Origin: Candidatus Oxydemutatoraceae bacterium | Lineage (GTDB): Bacteria > Pseudomonadota > Gammaproteobacteria > Poriferisulfidales > Oxydemutatoraceae | DNA: 64,000 nucleotides | Assembly (NCBI GenBank): GCA_965219575.1 | Contig: OZ244779.1 | Location: 1,164,769 to 1,228,768, forward strand | Direction of reading: 5' to 3' | Shown here: piece after piece, positions 22,601-37,600 of the stretch | Layout of the letters: every line of letters starts with the position of its first letter | How positions within the stretch are numbered: position 1 is the stretch's first letter | The notes under the pieces: model-generated | Database searches by the model: none | What the model was told of the DNA's origin: nothing | What the model saw: only the letters and a program-made list of their open reading frames with translations | Made by a program: the position numbers and the translations under genes

Positions 22601-25600
22601 ATTCGGTGCGATGATAGAAGCCCGCAACAATGTCGGTGTATTGGCGGGGCGCAATAACGGCACCGTCGTCGCCGTCGATGCCTACGCTCGGATTGACGCC
22701 AATAACACCGTCGGCGGTTTGATCGGCAATAGCCGCGGTTGGGTTATCGGGAGCAACGCCGTTATCGTTATCTCGGCAGTCGGCAGCGTCGGTGGTTTGG
22801 TCGGCAGTTCCGGGGCGACAATCATCAACAGTTATGCAAGCGGTGCGGTTGTAGCCGCCGGCAATCGCAGCGGTGGTTTGGTCGGTGAAAATTCTATGCC
22901 GGCGGGTAGAATTATCAATAGCTATGCCGAGACCGAAGTCACCGGAAACAGCGAAGTAGGCGGTTTGGTAGGACACAGCACGGCGACGAGTGTCATCACC
23001 GATAGTTATGCGGCGGGTTCGGTTCGTGCCGTTGCCGAAGTGGATAGCGAGGGACCCTACGCCGGCGGGTTGGTCGGTCGTCTGCGCGGCGAATCGGCCG
23101 TCATAAATAGTTATGCGATTGCCGCTATAGAACCCGGCACACGGCAGAATTTCGTCGGCGGTTTGATCGGCAATAACGGCAACCGAAACGATGCAATCAC
23201 CGCAAGTTATTGGGATCGTGACACCACAGGTCAAAACGGCTCCGCAGGTGGTGCCGGTTCCACTACGATGATCTTACAGTCCGCTACCTCGCATACAAAC
23301 GGCGGTCAACAAAACCGACCTTACTACTTGTGGAGTGAACGCAACTGGTATTTCGGCACTGCCGAGCAATATCCGACACTCAAATACGCACCGAATCCGG
23401 ACCGCGAAGGTCCCTCGACCTGTGGCAGTGCCGGGTTACCCGAATGTGGTAGCCCTTTAACGCCGCAACTTCGCAACAGCTTAGAAGACCTAAAATTGGC
23501 ATCCACGAGCCGGCTGGTTCCACCCTTTGACGCAAGTAGCGGTAGACACCGCAACAGTTACTTCGGTTCGGCAACCGCCAATCCGATTCGTTTAATCCCG
23601 ACGGCAAGCCAAGACGATGCCGTCATCAATATCTACGCAGCCGACGGTAGCACATTACTGGAATCGGCACTCGCCAGCGGTGGTACCAGTGGGGTTATCT
23701 TCTTGAGCGACGACATCAACCGCATCGTGCTGGAGATCGTCGCTGCGACGACTGCGACGGTGCGATACCCGGTCTATATTCGCCGCATCGATGATGTGGA
23801 CGGCGACGGCTTCATCGATATTGAAAATCTGGAAGAACTTCGGGCAATCACCGAAATAAATAATAGATCCAGAAACTATGAATTGCTTCGCAGCTTAGAT
23901 TTCAACGACCCGGACAGCTACGGCTCGGGTGTAGTGAACCGCGAGTGGACGGTAGAAGACTTTAACGACCGCGGAGACTTCGGTTGGCAACCTGCAAGTT
24001 TTGCCGGAGAATTCAACGGCAACGGTTATACGATCTCGGGTCTACAAATCAATAGAGTAGCGAGCGATAATGTCGGGTTGTTTAGTCGACTTGACACTTC
24101 GGGGATGATTCGCAATCTCGGTTTGCTCAATCTAAGGATAAAAGCCGGCAGCGACACCGGTGGATTAATCGGTGAGAATTCCGGTACGGTCATCAACTGC
24201 TTCGTCATCGGCGAAATCGAAGGAAATACCCGTGTCGGTGGCTTGATAGGTGTTAGTCGGATTCGGGCTAGTATGCGCGGGGGTGTTATCAACAGCTATG
24301 CCGAAGCTATGGTTTCCGGAGTATCCAATGTAGGCGGTTTGGTAGGGGAGAACCCAGGCAACAAAATCTATAACAGCTACGCCGGCGGTAGAGTTGTCGG
24401 CGGTAGGGTTATAGGTGGTTTGGTCGGCTCTATGATACCCCCTTTCTCCGGCGACGAGGTGAACGATGCCGATGCCGTTGTCAATAGTTACGCAACCGGT
24501 AATGTTACAAGCACACATACCGGCAACCAGACAGTAGACATAGGTGGATTGATAGGTGCAATCTTTCGCGGAAACAATTTACTTTACGACAACACCTACA
24601 CAACCGGTCAAGTTGACGGAAATGACAGTGCCGGTGGCTTGATAGGTACAATAAATCTAGGATCTGCTTCACTTCGCAACAGCTACGCAGCCGGTCGAGT
24701 TGACGGAAATAGCAATGTCGGTGGCTTGGTGGGTCGCACTAACGGAACAATCGCACGGATTCAAAATAGCTATGTGAACAGCGACGAGAATCCGGGGATT
24801 TCTCTAGGGTCGGGATCCTTCCTGAACTCTTCCACTCAAACCTCCGCCCGACTACGACAAGGTACAGCGCAATCAATCACCCGGACCGATGTTTATTACC
24901 GATGGAGTACCGATGACTGGGATTTCGGCAACGCTTTGCAATATCCGATTCTCAAATACGCCCCGACCACCGGTACCGGGTTCGCTCAAGCCTGCGGCAA
25001 CGGAAGCGACGACCTACCCGAATGTGGCACACCGATATCGCCGCAAATTCACGATGGCTTGCAGGATTTAAGCGTAGCCGACGGTGCGGAGCTGGATCCA
25101 CCTTTCGGTGATATGCATCGAGATTTAAGCGGCAGTTATTTCGGCGATCTAAGCCACGATGCAAGCACCCTTCGCATCATACCGACGGCAAAGGTGCGCA
25201 ACACAACGATTAACATCTATGTCGGCGATGTCGGCGGAAAACAAACGCCCGACCAGCAAATCGCCAGCGGCACGACTTCGACACCGATTACTTTGGTCAA
25301 CGGCATCAATCGCATCGTTCTAGAGATTGTGGCACCCGGGCGCGCTACCGTACGCTACCCCGTTTATCTTAGATTCGATACCCAAGATAGAAACAGAGAC
25401 GGCATTATTGAGATTGCTAATTTGAACGAACTCTACAATATACGCCACAACTTGAGCGGCAATTATCGCTTAGTCCGCAACTTGGATTTTGACGACCCGA
25501 ACAGTTATGCGCCCGGTAGATATCCACCCGGTGAAATTAACCGCGAATGGACGGTACTAAACTTTAGCAACCCCGCCGACCGCGGTTGGCAACCGATCGG

Positions 25601-28600
25601 CACGCGCGTGCGTCCTTTCAGAGGCGAGTTTGACGCCGACGGTTTCACCATTGCCAATTTACGAATCAATGACACTGTGGGTGCCGACAGCGGATTATTC
25701 GGAAGTATCGGTGGGAGCGGTGTGGTACGCAACCTCGGTTTGCTGGATGTCAGGATACAAGGACGCAGTGATGTCGGTGGTCTGAGTGTCGTCAACCGCG
25801 GCAGAATTATCGGCACTTATGTGATCGGCGAGCTATCGGGCGGCTATCGAAGAAATATCGGTGGTTTGGTCGGCGAGAATGCCGGAGGTGAAATCGTCAA
25901 TAGCTATGCGCAGGTCACCCTAACGGCTCATAGAAGCGAAGCCAACAACATCGGTGGCTTGGTCGGTGTGGTGTCGTCGGGCGGTGCGATCGTCAACAGC
26001 CATGCCGGCGGCATCCTAGAGCATAGAGGATTAAATAGCGGCGGTTTGCTCGGCAGTACCGGCTTGGGTTTCAACCCTGCGCCGATTAACATCGTCAATA
26101 GCTATGCCGAAGTTCGGGTTGCCGGGGTAAGACATGTCGGTGGCTTGGTGGGCAACCTTGCAGTCGACGGAGATGCGGTGCGCAACAGCTATGCTAGAGG
26201 TGAAGTTTCGGAGTTCGCAGCAACCGACAATGCCAATCAATATGTAGGCGGCTTGGTCGGTCTCGTTAATAAAGGCTCGATCACCGACAGTTATGCTGCC
26301 AACAACATAATAGAATCAAGTGCGGTACAAAGGGAGAATATACAAATCGGAAGCCTGATCGGAGCGTTCCTCGACAGTGGTATCACCGTATCTGCAAGCT
26401 ATGCCGATTTCAATCGGAGTCGCTACAACTTCATAGGAACTACCCCTACCCTTAATTCTTTCAATAGGACTACCGAACAGCTACAAAATCCTATAAGGCG
26501 GGGTGAATCGCCTGACGATACCTATCACCAATGGAGTGAAACCGACTGGAATTTCGGCGATAGGAACAGCTATCCGATACTCAAATATGCCGCCGCAACC
26601 AATGTATTACGCAGAAGGAACGCTGCGTGTCGCAATCGCACTATGGATGAAGCAACCCGATTACCGATTTGCGGTGAGCTGATATCGCCGTCGTTTGAAA
26701 ATGGTTTAGTTAGTTTGGCTTTGCAAGATGGAAGAGGTCTTCGAGGTTTAAGCCTCAATCCACCTTTCGGCGATGCGAATCTCAATTTATTCGGCTATTA
26801 TTCGGGTGCGGTCCGTTTTAGCCTTAATTCTACCCGAACCGATATCCGTTTAATCCCGGGGGCAAAAGACCCCAGTTCTACGATTGATATCTATGTCAAC
26901 GGCGTTTACAAAGAGCAGATTTTCAGTAATATTCCCAGCGATCCGATTGAATTAACGGAAGGGATTACCTTCATCGTGTTGGAGATTCGAGCGAGCGGTT
27001 CGGAGCCGGTGCGATACCCGGTCTATCTCAGCTACGACCCCAGGGATAGAAACGGCAACGGTTTTACCGAGATCAACAATTTAGAAGAACTCTATGACAT
27101 ACGCGCCGATATCGATACCTTAAGCGATGATTATGAACTAACCCGAGATTTGGACTTCAACGACCCGAACAGCTATGCGTCGGGTATCGTCAATCGCGAC
27201 TGGACGGTAGAAAGATTTGACAGCCCCACCGACTTCGGCTGGGAAGCGATAGGGGGCATCGTCAACGACGACTGCGACGATTTTAACAGTAGGTGCTTCG
27301 GAGGCACTTTCAACGGCAACGGCTATACGATATCCAACCTATCGATTAATGGAGATGCCGATTATCAGGGCTTGTTCGTCGGTATTGCCGGGACCGGCAA
27401 TGTTCGTGCACTCGGTTTGGCAAACCTAAAGATAGAAGCCGGAGACACGGTCGGAGGTTTGGCCGGTCGCAACGAAGGCACCGTCATCGATAGTTTTGCG
27501 ATCGGCGAACTCTCGGCAAACGACACGGTCGGGGGTTTAGTCGGCATCAACAAAGGTACCGTCATGGATAGTTATGCGATCGGCGAACTCTCGGCAAACG
27601 ACAGTGCCGGTGGTTTAGTCGGCATTAGCGAAGGCACCATCATCGGCAGTTATGCGATCACCGAGCTTTCGGCAAACAACGATGTCGGTGGGCTCGTCGG
27701 CGAGAGCATCGGCAAAATACTCAATAGTTATGCCGGGGGTGTGATAACCGGCAATACCGGCGTAGGCGGCTTGGTCGGCACAGCGACCGATATGTCCGGC
27801 AGCGGAATGATCGTCAACAGCCACGCCGGCGGCATCATACACGCTTTCGGAAATTATGCCGCCGGCATCGTCGGTAGAATAGGCTCCGGTCCGGGAAATG
27901 AGGATTTCAGAATAATCAATAGCTACGCAAACAGCCTGATTTCGTCGGACGGACAGTATGTCGGCGGTTTGGTGAGCGATTCGGCATCGGGCAAGTTCAC
28001 GATTAGCAACAGCTACGCCGGCGGTCGCGTTACCGAGAGTGCCTTCGGCAATGTGACATCTATAGGAGGTCTGGCTGCGGTTACGAAATCCGACGACACC
28101 ATTACCGATAGCTACGCCGTCACCGAGATCTACCCGCAAAGTGCAGCTGTAAGCAAAGGCAGTTTAGTCGGCGATCATTCGGGTAGGCTCGCTTCGGTTT
28201 ATTCCGATGCCGCTAGAAATCCCTATATCGGCATCACCGGGAGGGGTGGCGGTCAAATCGAGGCTTCTTCCATGCGGACCACCACCGAGATGCAATCTGC
28301 CATGGGACCGTCGACGACGCAAACCGGGGTTTATTACAACTGGGATGCAGATGCTTGGGATTTCGGTAGGCGCAACGAATACCCGATACCTAGATATGTC
28401 TCGGGTCCCGATGCCGACGCTTGTGGTACCGACGATACACCGAGCTGCGGCACTCCGATCTCCCCGCAAACTCGCTATCGCACACGCGGACTGGGTCTGC
28501 GTGCCTTGAATGTCAAAGAAGGTGCGTTGTATCCGCGCTTCGATATTGACCAACAGAATCGGGTCGGTGTCTACATCGGTGCCGTCGTCGCCGATGACGC

Positions 28601-31600
28601 TGTCACCGAACTGATCGCAACGACGATGGAAGCAAATGCGACCTATAGTGTCTATTTGGGTCCTCGCGAAATACCGTTGCTCAGCGATGCCCGAAGCGGC
28701 ACGACGACAACCGAGATTACTTTGAACGAGCGCGAGGCGACTCGCATAGTCATTCAAGTCGAAGGAACCGAGACAGAAGGAACCGAGACAGTACGCTATA
28801 TCCTCTATCTAAAGCATCTGAATAACGCGCTCGCGGTTGATACCGACCACGACGGACTCATCGAGATAGATTCTTTGGAAGACCTCAATGCGATTCGCTT
28901 CGTAGCCGACGGTAGCGGTTATCGTGCGAATGCTCGGACGGTTAGCAATTCGGCAGGTTGTCCGAACGGTCTATGCCGCGGCTACGAATTGACCGGAAAT
29001 CTGGACTTTAACAATCCCGACGATTACGAAAATATCGATAACCGGGCGCGGTGGCATGACGACGGCAGTTGGCCTCCCATAGGGGACTCCGTGCGGTTCT
29101 TTACCGGCACTTTGAACGGCAACGGCTTTGCAATTTCCAACTTAAAAGTCAGAGCGAACGGCGGACTTTTCGGGGTTATAGGTTCCGATCGCGAAGCCGA
29201 GGCTACCGATGTGCGCAATTTCATTAGAGGACTCGGTTTATTGAATGTAGATGTTCAAGGCGATGTCGTCGGTGGCATCGCGAGATATTGCAATCGCTGT
29301 AGTATCGATAACACTTATGTCGTCGCTCGCATAGAAGGCACCGAAAGTGCTGCCGGCTTCGTCAACGAATATTCAATATCGGCTACATCGTCGCCCGATA
29401 TATCCATCCACAACAGCTACTTCATCGGTCGCGTCAATGCGCGGCACATTGCCGGCGGCTTTATAGGTGCCGGCGATTTTCATCCGCAAATTTCCGATAG
29501 TTATGTCATCGGCAAAGTAATCGCCGGCAGTAGCGTGGCACAAGTCGGTAGCTTTGCGGCAACCGGCTTGGATAATTTTAATATCGCCCGTAGTTTTGCT
29601 GCTGCGTCGGCAACCCGTGCCGGGGTGCCACAGGGCTTGTCGGGAGGTGGCATCGGTAACGGTTCCATTCGAGCGACTTATATAGACGGTGACATTGCCG
29701 GTTTGCAAACTGCCGAACTAGCCGATGTTCAAAGCACCGAAGCACTTCAGATGCCGACCGGTGCAACCGGTATCTATAGCCGATGGCGCACCGAAAACTG
29801 GGATTTCGGCACCCGCGAACAATACCCGGCAATCAAATACTCGCAATGCGACGAAACCACTTCGGCATTTTGCGGTAATGTATTGCCTTATCAGGGTGGC
29901 TTGCTCAAAAGCCTCAAACTACCTGAAAACATAGGTATCAATCCGCCTTTTGATTTTGCTACATTTAACTATGAGATCGCGGTTCCTCTGGGTCAAAAGA
30001 TTTTGCAATTCATTCCCGAAGCGTTCGCTACGAGTGCGACGATTGCAGTTTCCGTGGACGGTGTCATGCTTGCCGAAGTGCCGAGTGGCCGTATCGTGCC
30101 GAGAATTACGGTGGATACGCGAGGTGAAACGATAGTCGATGTGGTCGTAAAGGAAAGTGCCGACCGTACTTCTTACCGTTACCGCTTTACCGTATTCAAT
30201 CTCGATGTGAGAATATACACCACGGCGATAGATGCCGACGACGACGGACTGATAGATGTAGGTACCCCCGAACAGTTGAATGCGATGCGCTATAGCCTGG
30301 ACGGCAGTTTTTATAGAGAGCGTGCCGACGGTGCCCGAGTTTATTGCCGTAGCGGTTGCCGTGGCTACGAACTGAACGCCGATATAGATTTGACAGGTGT
30401 TGATTGGCAACCTATAGGCAGTAGCGATGCCGGCTTCAACACGCGCTTCAACGGCAACGGCTATACCCTATCCAATCTGACTTGGAATGGCCCGGTTTCC
30501 GATGATATAGGCTTGTTTCATACTCTGGGTGAGAATGCGAGGATAGAGGATATCCGACTGATAGATCCCCAAATCCGCATAACACAGGTTGATAGCCCCG
30601 ATCGCTTAATCGGCACTTTGGCGGCAACCAACTTCGGCATTATCTTTAATAGTCGGGTTGAAAATGCCACAATTGATATTCAACGGCCGTCTACCGATAC
30701 CGGTGTCGGGGGTTTGGTTGCCGACAACAGGGGTGTTATTGTCAACAGCGGAGTGGCAGGCGGTTCCATGATAACGGCATCGGGATTCGGCAGCTTGGCA
30801 GGTTTGGTACATTTGAATTCAAACGGTGTCATTCGCGGCAGTTTTGCGACGATTTCGATCTCCGGTAATAATAACCAATTTAGCGTTGCGGGTTTGGTTA
30901 ATACCAACAATAATCAATCGATAATAAGCGATAGCTATGCGCAAGGCAATGTTACATTTGTTGCCGATGGTTCCAGAGCGGGTTTGGTGGAGCGCAACAA
31001 CGCAGATATTCTAAACAGTTACTCAACCGTGAACATTAGGGGTCTCGGCGGCGGTCTGGTAGCATCCCCATTGTCGTCGAGTAATATTCTCAATAGCTAC
31101 TGGGATGCCGACACCAGCGGTCAAACTACCGGTTCGGCAGGCAGCTCTCGAACGACGGTGGAGCTACAATCCGGTGTTGCGCAAAATAATAGTACCGATA
31201 CCGTCTACTATCAGTGGAATCCCGAGCGTTGGCATTTCGGCAATAGCGACCAATACCCGACGGCACTCTACCAAGACGGTAATCTCGATTTGTGTAGAAA
31301 GCCGACCGAAATACAACTGCAACGCTGTGCCGGCTTGGTTTCCGGCGGGTTATCGGAAGCCGACCGTGCAATCGTCTGTCGCGACCGTTTGCCTAGAAAC
31401 AGAGTAGACCCGCCGTATTGCGGTGCGTTGGTGCCGAGTCAAGACCGGGTCGGTTTGATCGGACTGGAATTTTCCGCCGGTGTGGAGCTGGTACCGGAAT
31501 TCAGTCCCGAAGTGGAATCGTATGAATTGAGGGTGAACGAGGGGACTACCGAATTTGATATCATGCCGACCGCCTATTATCAAACCGACACCGTTTCGTT

Positions 31601-34600
31601 GATAACCGGTAGTGATGAAAATATCGTTGCCGATAACACCCGTAGCCGACGGCTCGATATAGCCGATATAGACGACTTCAGCCTAGCGGTGCGCGCCGCC
31701 GCTACGACCCGCACGCGACTCTACACGGTTGTTTTGAGAGCGGCAACCGTACCGGAAGCGGTGAGAATGGGAATACAAATCTCGGCATTGGACGGCTTGA
31801 ACTTGTCCCCCGATTTTTCGCAAGATATAACCGACTACGGCGTGACCGCCTATTCCGACACATCGCGCATGCGTCTGCTCGTGTCGGCAATGGACCCGGT
31901 GGATGGTTTTATACCGGATGTTGAAGTCACCGGTGCCGGCGGGATGGATGCCGCCTTGAATTCCCCTGTTGACTCTGAATCAAAATTCTTCAGCGTGCCG
32001 CTAAACGATGTCGGCATGACGACGATTACGGTGACTGTGAGTTCCGGGTTTCGCTATCGCTTTGAATATATCATTAATGTGGATCGTCTACTTTTTTCAA
32101 TTCCGATCAACAGCGAAGGTGAGCGTCTTGCCGATGCCGACGGCAACGGCTTGCTGGAAGTTAGGTCGGTGGAGCAGTTGGATGCGATGCGCTATCAACC
32201 GGACGGTAGTGGTTATCGTGCGAGCGGGACGGTGAGCGAGATAAACAGCGGCTGCCCTCTCATCGTAGGTTGCACGGGTTATGAACTGGTAGCAGATTTA
32301 GATTTTCTTACCGAGTCCAGCTACGACAACGCACAGCTTACGATGCCGTTATGGACGACCGGTGCCGGGTGGCAACCGATAGGCAGCCGGACAAATCCTT
32401 TTACTGCCGGGTTTGTCTCTTCGGGTCGTACGATCTCAAATCTATCTATCCGCCGTCGCAGTGCCGATGATATTGGTTTATTCGGTGCCGTCCGCGGTGC
32501 CGAAATTCGCGGTATCGGTTTAATCAATGTAGAGATTGCCGGCAATAACCGTGTCGGTGCATTGGTCGGTGTAGATCTAGGAGGAAATAGCCGAATCATC
32601 AACAGCTATGCATCCGGTACGGTACGCGCTTTCGGCGACGATGCCGATGGCTTAGCCGGAGTCCACCGCGGTAATGCCGGTGGCTTGGTCGGAGTCTATC
32701 GCGGTACTATCGTCAACAGCTTTGTAAGCGGCTTGGTGACCGCACCCGACGGTGCTGCCGGCGGATTAGTCGGTAGCTTATTGAGCGGCAATATCGACAA
32801 CAGCTATGCCGGCGGTGCGGTGATAGGCAGGTTTGCCGGCGGCTTGGTCGGATCGATGCAAACCGCTGTCATCACCAACAGCTATGCGGCGGTTTCGATC
32901 GGCGGTAATAGGGGAGGCGGTTTAGTCGGCATCGTTGCCCGTGGCGGCACATCGACGATTGATGATAGTTATGCGGTCGGTAGAAATAGTTCCGAAGATG
33001 CCAGAGGTTTGGCGAGCCAAGAGCAAGACGGCTTGCTCAGCGTCACCACTAGCTACTGGGATAGCGATGTCGCGAATGTTTCCACCAGCGACGGTGGTGG
33101 TAGCAGTCAGACCACCGCAAACCTTCGGCAGACTACCGGGAACACCGGAATCTATGCCGGCTGGTTGCCAAATCATTGGTGGTTCATGACTAACAGGCAG
33201 TACCCGAGGCTCAGATATGCCGGCGAATGTGATCAAATTGGTATTAGTGAAAGAACGAGACCGGGTTGCGGTGATCTATTGCCCGGACAATATACCGGTT
33301 TGATGGACTTGACATTTTCGCAGGAAGTTCTGAATCTGCAGCCACAGTTTAACCCGAGGCTATTCGATTATGCGCTGACGCTGAAAGCCGGCGAGACGCA
33401 ATTCACAATGACACCGACTTGGTATAACAACCACCAAGCTGCGATCAGCGATACCGGCGGCACGAATTCGTCGCAGAGAGTGAACAGCGGTCAAGAGTCC
33501 GCTGCAATCACGGTGCCGGTGAGCGGGCTGAACATAATGGTGCGTGCCACCGGTACTACGATTATCAATACCGAAGACGAAAACCTAGTATATCGTATAC
33601 GAGTCACCCACCATCCCTATTTAACGCTAAGCGATGTAGATGAGGACGACGACGGCTTGATAGAAGTGCGCGATTTAAGAGATTTGAATGCGATGCGCTA
33701 TCAGCTGGACGGTAGCGGCTATAGAGCGTCGACCGCAACCGAAAAGATTAGCGTAGGTTGTCCCTTATCAATCGGCTGTATCGGCTACGAGTTGGTGACG
33801 AGCATCGACTTCGCGGGTAGAAATTGGAATCCCATAGGAGCGAGCGGTGCCGGTGGCTTTAGTTGTGATCATCCGACGAGCGAGTGTTTTGCGGCGATAT
33901 TCGACGGTAACCGAGATTTGGGTTATGAAATTTCCAATTTGAGTATAGCCGCATCCGATGCCGACAATGTCGGACTATTCGCTTATTTAGCTGCCGAAGC
34001 CGGGGTTAGAAATCTCGTTTTATCGAATGTATCGCTACAAGGCAGCGAGGGTGTCGGTGGCATCGCCGGCTATAGTGCCGGGACTCTGGAGAATAACGGG
34101 TTTGACGGTACGGTGGTCGGCAAAGCCTACCTAGGCGGTGTCGTCGGCTATAACGACGGCCTTATCAGAGAGAATTTTGCCGATGTCGTGGTCGGTGGAG
34201 ACACCTCGGGCGAGAACGACAACATCGGTGGTTTGGTCGGTTATAACACCGATAGGATCTTCAACAGCTATGCGATCGGCAGCGTATCGGGTGACAACAA
34301 TGTCGGTGGTTTGGTCGGTCGTAGCGAGCGTGGCGGTTATATTATCAACAGCCATGCAAACAATCGTGTGTCGGGTATAAATTATATCGGTGGTTTGGTC
34401 GGGCGCAACGGCGACAATTCAAGAATTTTTAGTAGTTATGCTTTGGGTGAAGTTTCGGGTAGCACCGGGGTCGGTGGTTTGGTCGGTTTGAATTTCGGTA
34501 TACTACAGGATACCTACGCAAGCGGTAATATCGTCGCAAGCGATAGGGTCGGCGGTTTGGTCGGCGATAACCGTAATGCTAACAATAATGCAATCGTCAA

Positions 34601-37600
34601 TAGTTATGCTATCGGACGAGTGCGAGGTGATAGCGAAGTCGGTGGTTTGATCGGCTACAACACCGGCACCGGCAACATCACCGATAGTTATTGGGATATC
34701 AACACGAGCGGACTCACGCAAAGTGCCGGTGGCAGCGGTCAACCCACCTCTGAATTACGCGGCGACATAATAGGTTTGGGCGGTTTAAACGATAGTATCT
34801 TTATTCGTTGGGATTTGGCGCGATGGCAATCCTTTGGAGGTCAATATCCGATACTCAAATATGCAGAATACACTATCGACGGCAGTCGGACATGTCGCGT
34901 GGTTGACTCCATAATATTACAACAAAGCCCGGAACGAGTGCCCGCCGACTTGGCAATATGCGGTCGGAGCACTAATGTATCTCAACCTCGAACATTCCAG
35001 AGCTACGGTTTGAACAGTTTGCTTAGTTTAGGAATTCCGCAGTTGTCGCCGCAATTTTCACCGACTAGGTTGCGTTATCGGGTTGATGTAGAGTTTGACG
35101 AAGAGGTTGAGAGAACGCGGTTGCTGTTATTATTACCGACTGCTGCGGATCCCGATGCGATCATCGATATTGCCTATAACGGAGAGCAAAGCACCGTTGA
35201 CAGCGGTGCCATCGCGGAAATCATGCTGGATCCGGCAAGCGAGGATGATGTTATTATCACCGTGCGAACCCCGAGTCCGGACACCCGGTCCAACCCTAAA
35301 TCGGTCGTTGAATATGTGCTGGAGCTCGATTATTTTGTCGTCGATCTCTCCAGAGAGATAGCAATTGCCGTGAATCGAGAAGCCGATGCCGACGGCGACG
35401 GTTTGATAGAGATCAATTATCTGGAGGATTTGGATGCGGTGCGCAACGATGTCGACGGCACGGTTTATCGCTACACATTTCCCAATGGTATATCGGTACG
35501 GAGTGCAACGGGTTGTCCCACGACCCCGACTGTCGCTTGTCGGGGCTACGAGCTGATGAGAGATTTGGATTTTCTCGATCCCGACAGCTATCTCTCGGGC
35601 ACGGTGAACCTCGACTGGGTGAATCGCTGGGATCCTATAGCCAACACCAGGAATTTCGAATGTATCCAAAGCGACAACAGCCCTAGCCCTTGTTTCAACG
35701 GAATCTTCGACGGCAACGGTTATACCATTCATAATCTGCGTATCGGTGCCGATGTCGGTAAAGACGCAGCAGGTTTGTTTCATTCCATAGGTCCGAGTGG
35801 GCGCGTTAGCAATCTGAATTTAAGAAATGTTACGATTGAAAATTTGGCACCGAGGACGGTTCAAGTCGGTAGCTTGGCAGGTACGAACGAAGGCACTATT
35901 TCCAATACCCGTGTAATCAACGGCAAGATTTTAATAGACCAACCCCCGGTCATGGTATCCCAAAATACTGTGACTGAGAATAGACGAGGTGTCGGTGGCT
36001 TGGTCGGTACCAATGAAGTAGGCGGCATTATCCGATATAGTTCGGCACATATCGATGTTTCAACCGTGGAATTACGGACCGGCGGATTGGTAGGTAACAG
36101 CAGAATAAGAGGAAGGATACTTAACAGTTACGCAATCGGTACGGTGACGGGAGATAACATAGGTGGTTTGGTGGGAATTCGAAGCGGTGCGAATAATGTC
36201 GTTGAAAATAATTATGCGATGGTTAAATTAAACATAATCGGTGAACAGGACGATTTCAGTGGTACAATCGGCGGCATAAGCGGCTTTGATAGTCAGAGCA
36301 CGAATCCTCCGGTCAAAAATAGTTATGTAGCCGGTGAGTTCGTCAATAGCTCGGAGTTGGCTTCAAATCGGTTTGTTCTAAACCAATTTGATTTTTCCAG
36401 AGCAGGATTAGGTGGCGGAAGACGTATATTCTTTGACGAATTAGCCGCGGGATTTGGAACGGCTCCGGAAAATAGTTACTGGGATCAAAACTTCAACGAC
36501 AACAAGATTCGCCGCCTGACTGAAAGACGTCTGACTATTGACAGGCGTCGGACGACTGCGGAATTACAAATGCCGATCGCACCGGGGATGACGCAGAATG
36601 ATGTGTATTACCTATGGAGTGTGGCTCATTGGGATTTCGGCACCGATACGCAGTATCCTACGCTGAGAGCTGCCAACGGTGATTTGGCACCCGAGGTATG
36701 GGATATGTTGGTAGACGATATCGCACCGACAAGAGTGCTGATATTGAGCGACGAGGACATGTTCGATCAATTCATTTTCAGAGGGCGACAGCTGATAGTC
36801 GACGGCAATCGTCTGCTTGAGCCGATTACGCTTAACACGGATCCTGTCGTTGCCGACATTGCAGTTGAGATCTACTGCGACCGCTTCCGTTGTCTGTTGG
36901 CAGACCGCGGCGATAGTACCTCGGTTATTTTAGGCACTACCGATACCCGACAGATTAGGTTCACCGCCCGTCGTGGCAACCGAGTGTCGGATTATAATTT
37001 CGATGTTGCCTACGATGAATTGTTCCTAAACAATGTCGATAACATTCGCGTAGACGAAGGCGATACCTTCGATGTGATCGGTGACTACCCGGATAACTTA
37101 GGGCTCGGCACGATGCCGAATTTCACGATTAAATGGTCGCAAATAGCGGGTCCGACCATAGACATTGTCAATACTGATCGCTTAAACCTCGGGTTAAGAC
37201 CGCAGGTAAATGTGGTGGCCGAGAGTACCGACCATAGCATCTTCACATTTAGGCTGGAAGTCGGCATCGGAGATCAAGTACATATCGTTAGAGACATATC
37301 GGCGCGTATCAACAAGGTCAACAATGCACCGCCTACCGGAAGCCTCGCACTTCAGTTGGATGATAATAGGGATAGGGGAATAAGATTCGTAGTATTATCG
37401 CCACCGACCGATATAGACGGTGGCCTCGGTCCGGCTATGCTACAATTTCAAAGGCGTCTCGTCGTCGACGATAGAAGCGGGATTTGGAATGACATTCAAC
37501 TGCCGGAATCGTCTCCCGGCTCCGATCTCTATACCGCGCCGCTTGAATCCGGAAATTATGAATATCGTGTCGTTGCCTTTTATCGAGACGGACAGGGTTA

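Noticed and set aside
28761-28790. Perfect 15-bp tandem duplication (EGTETEGTET)
   Set aside because: A simple in-frame slippage event with no sign of phase variation.
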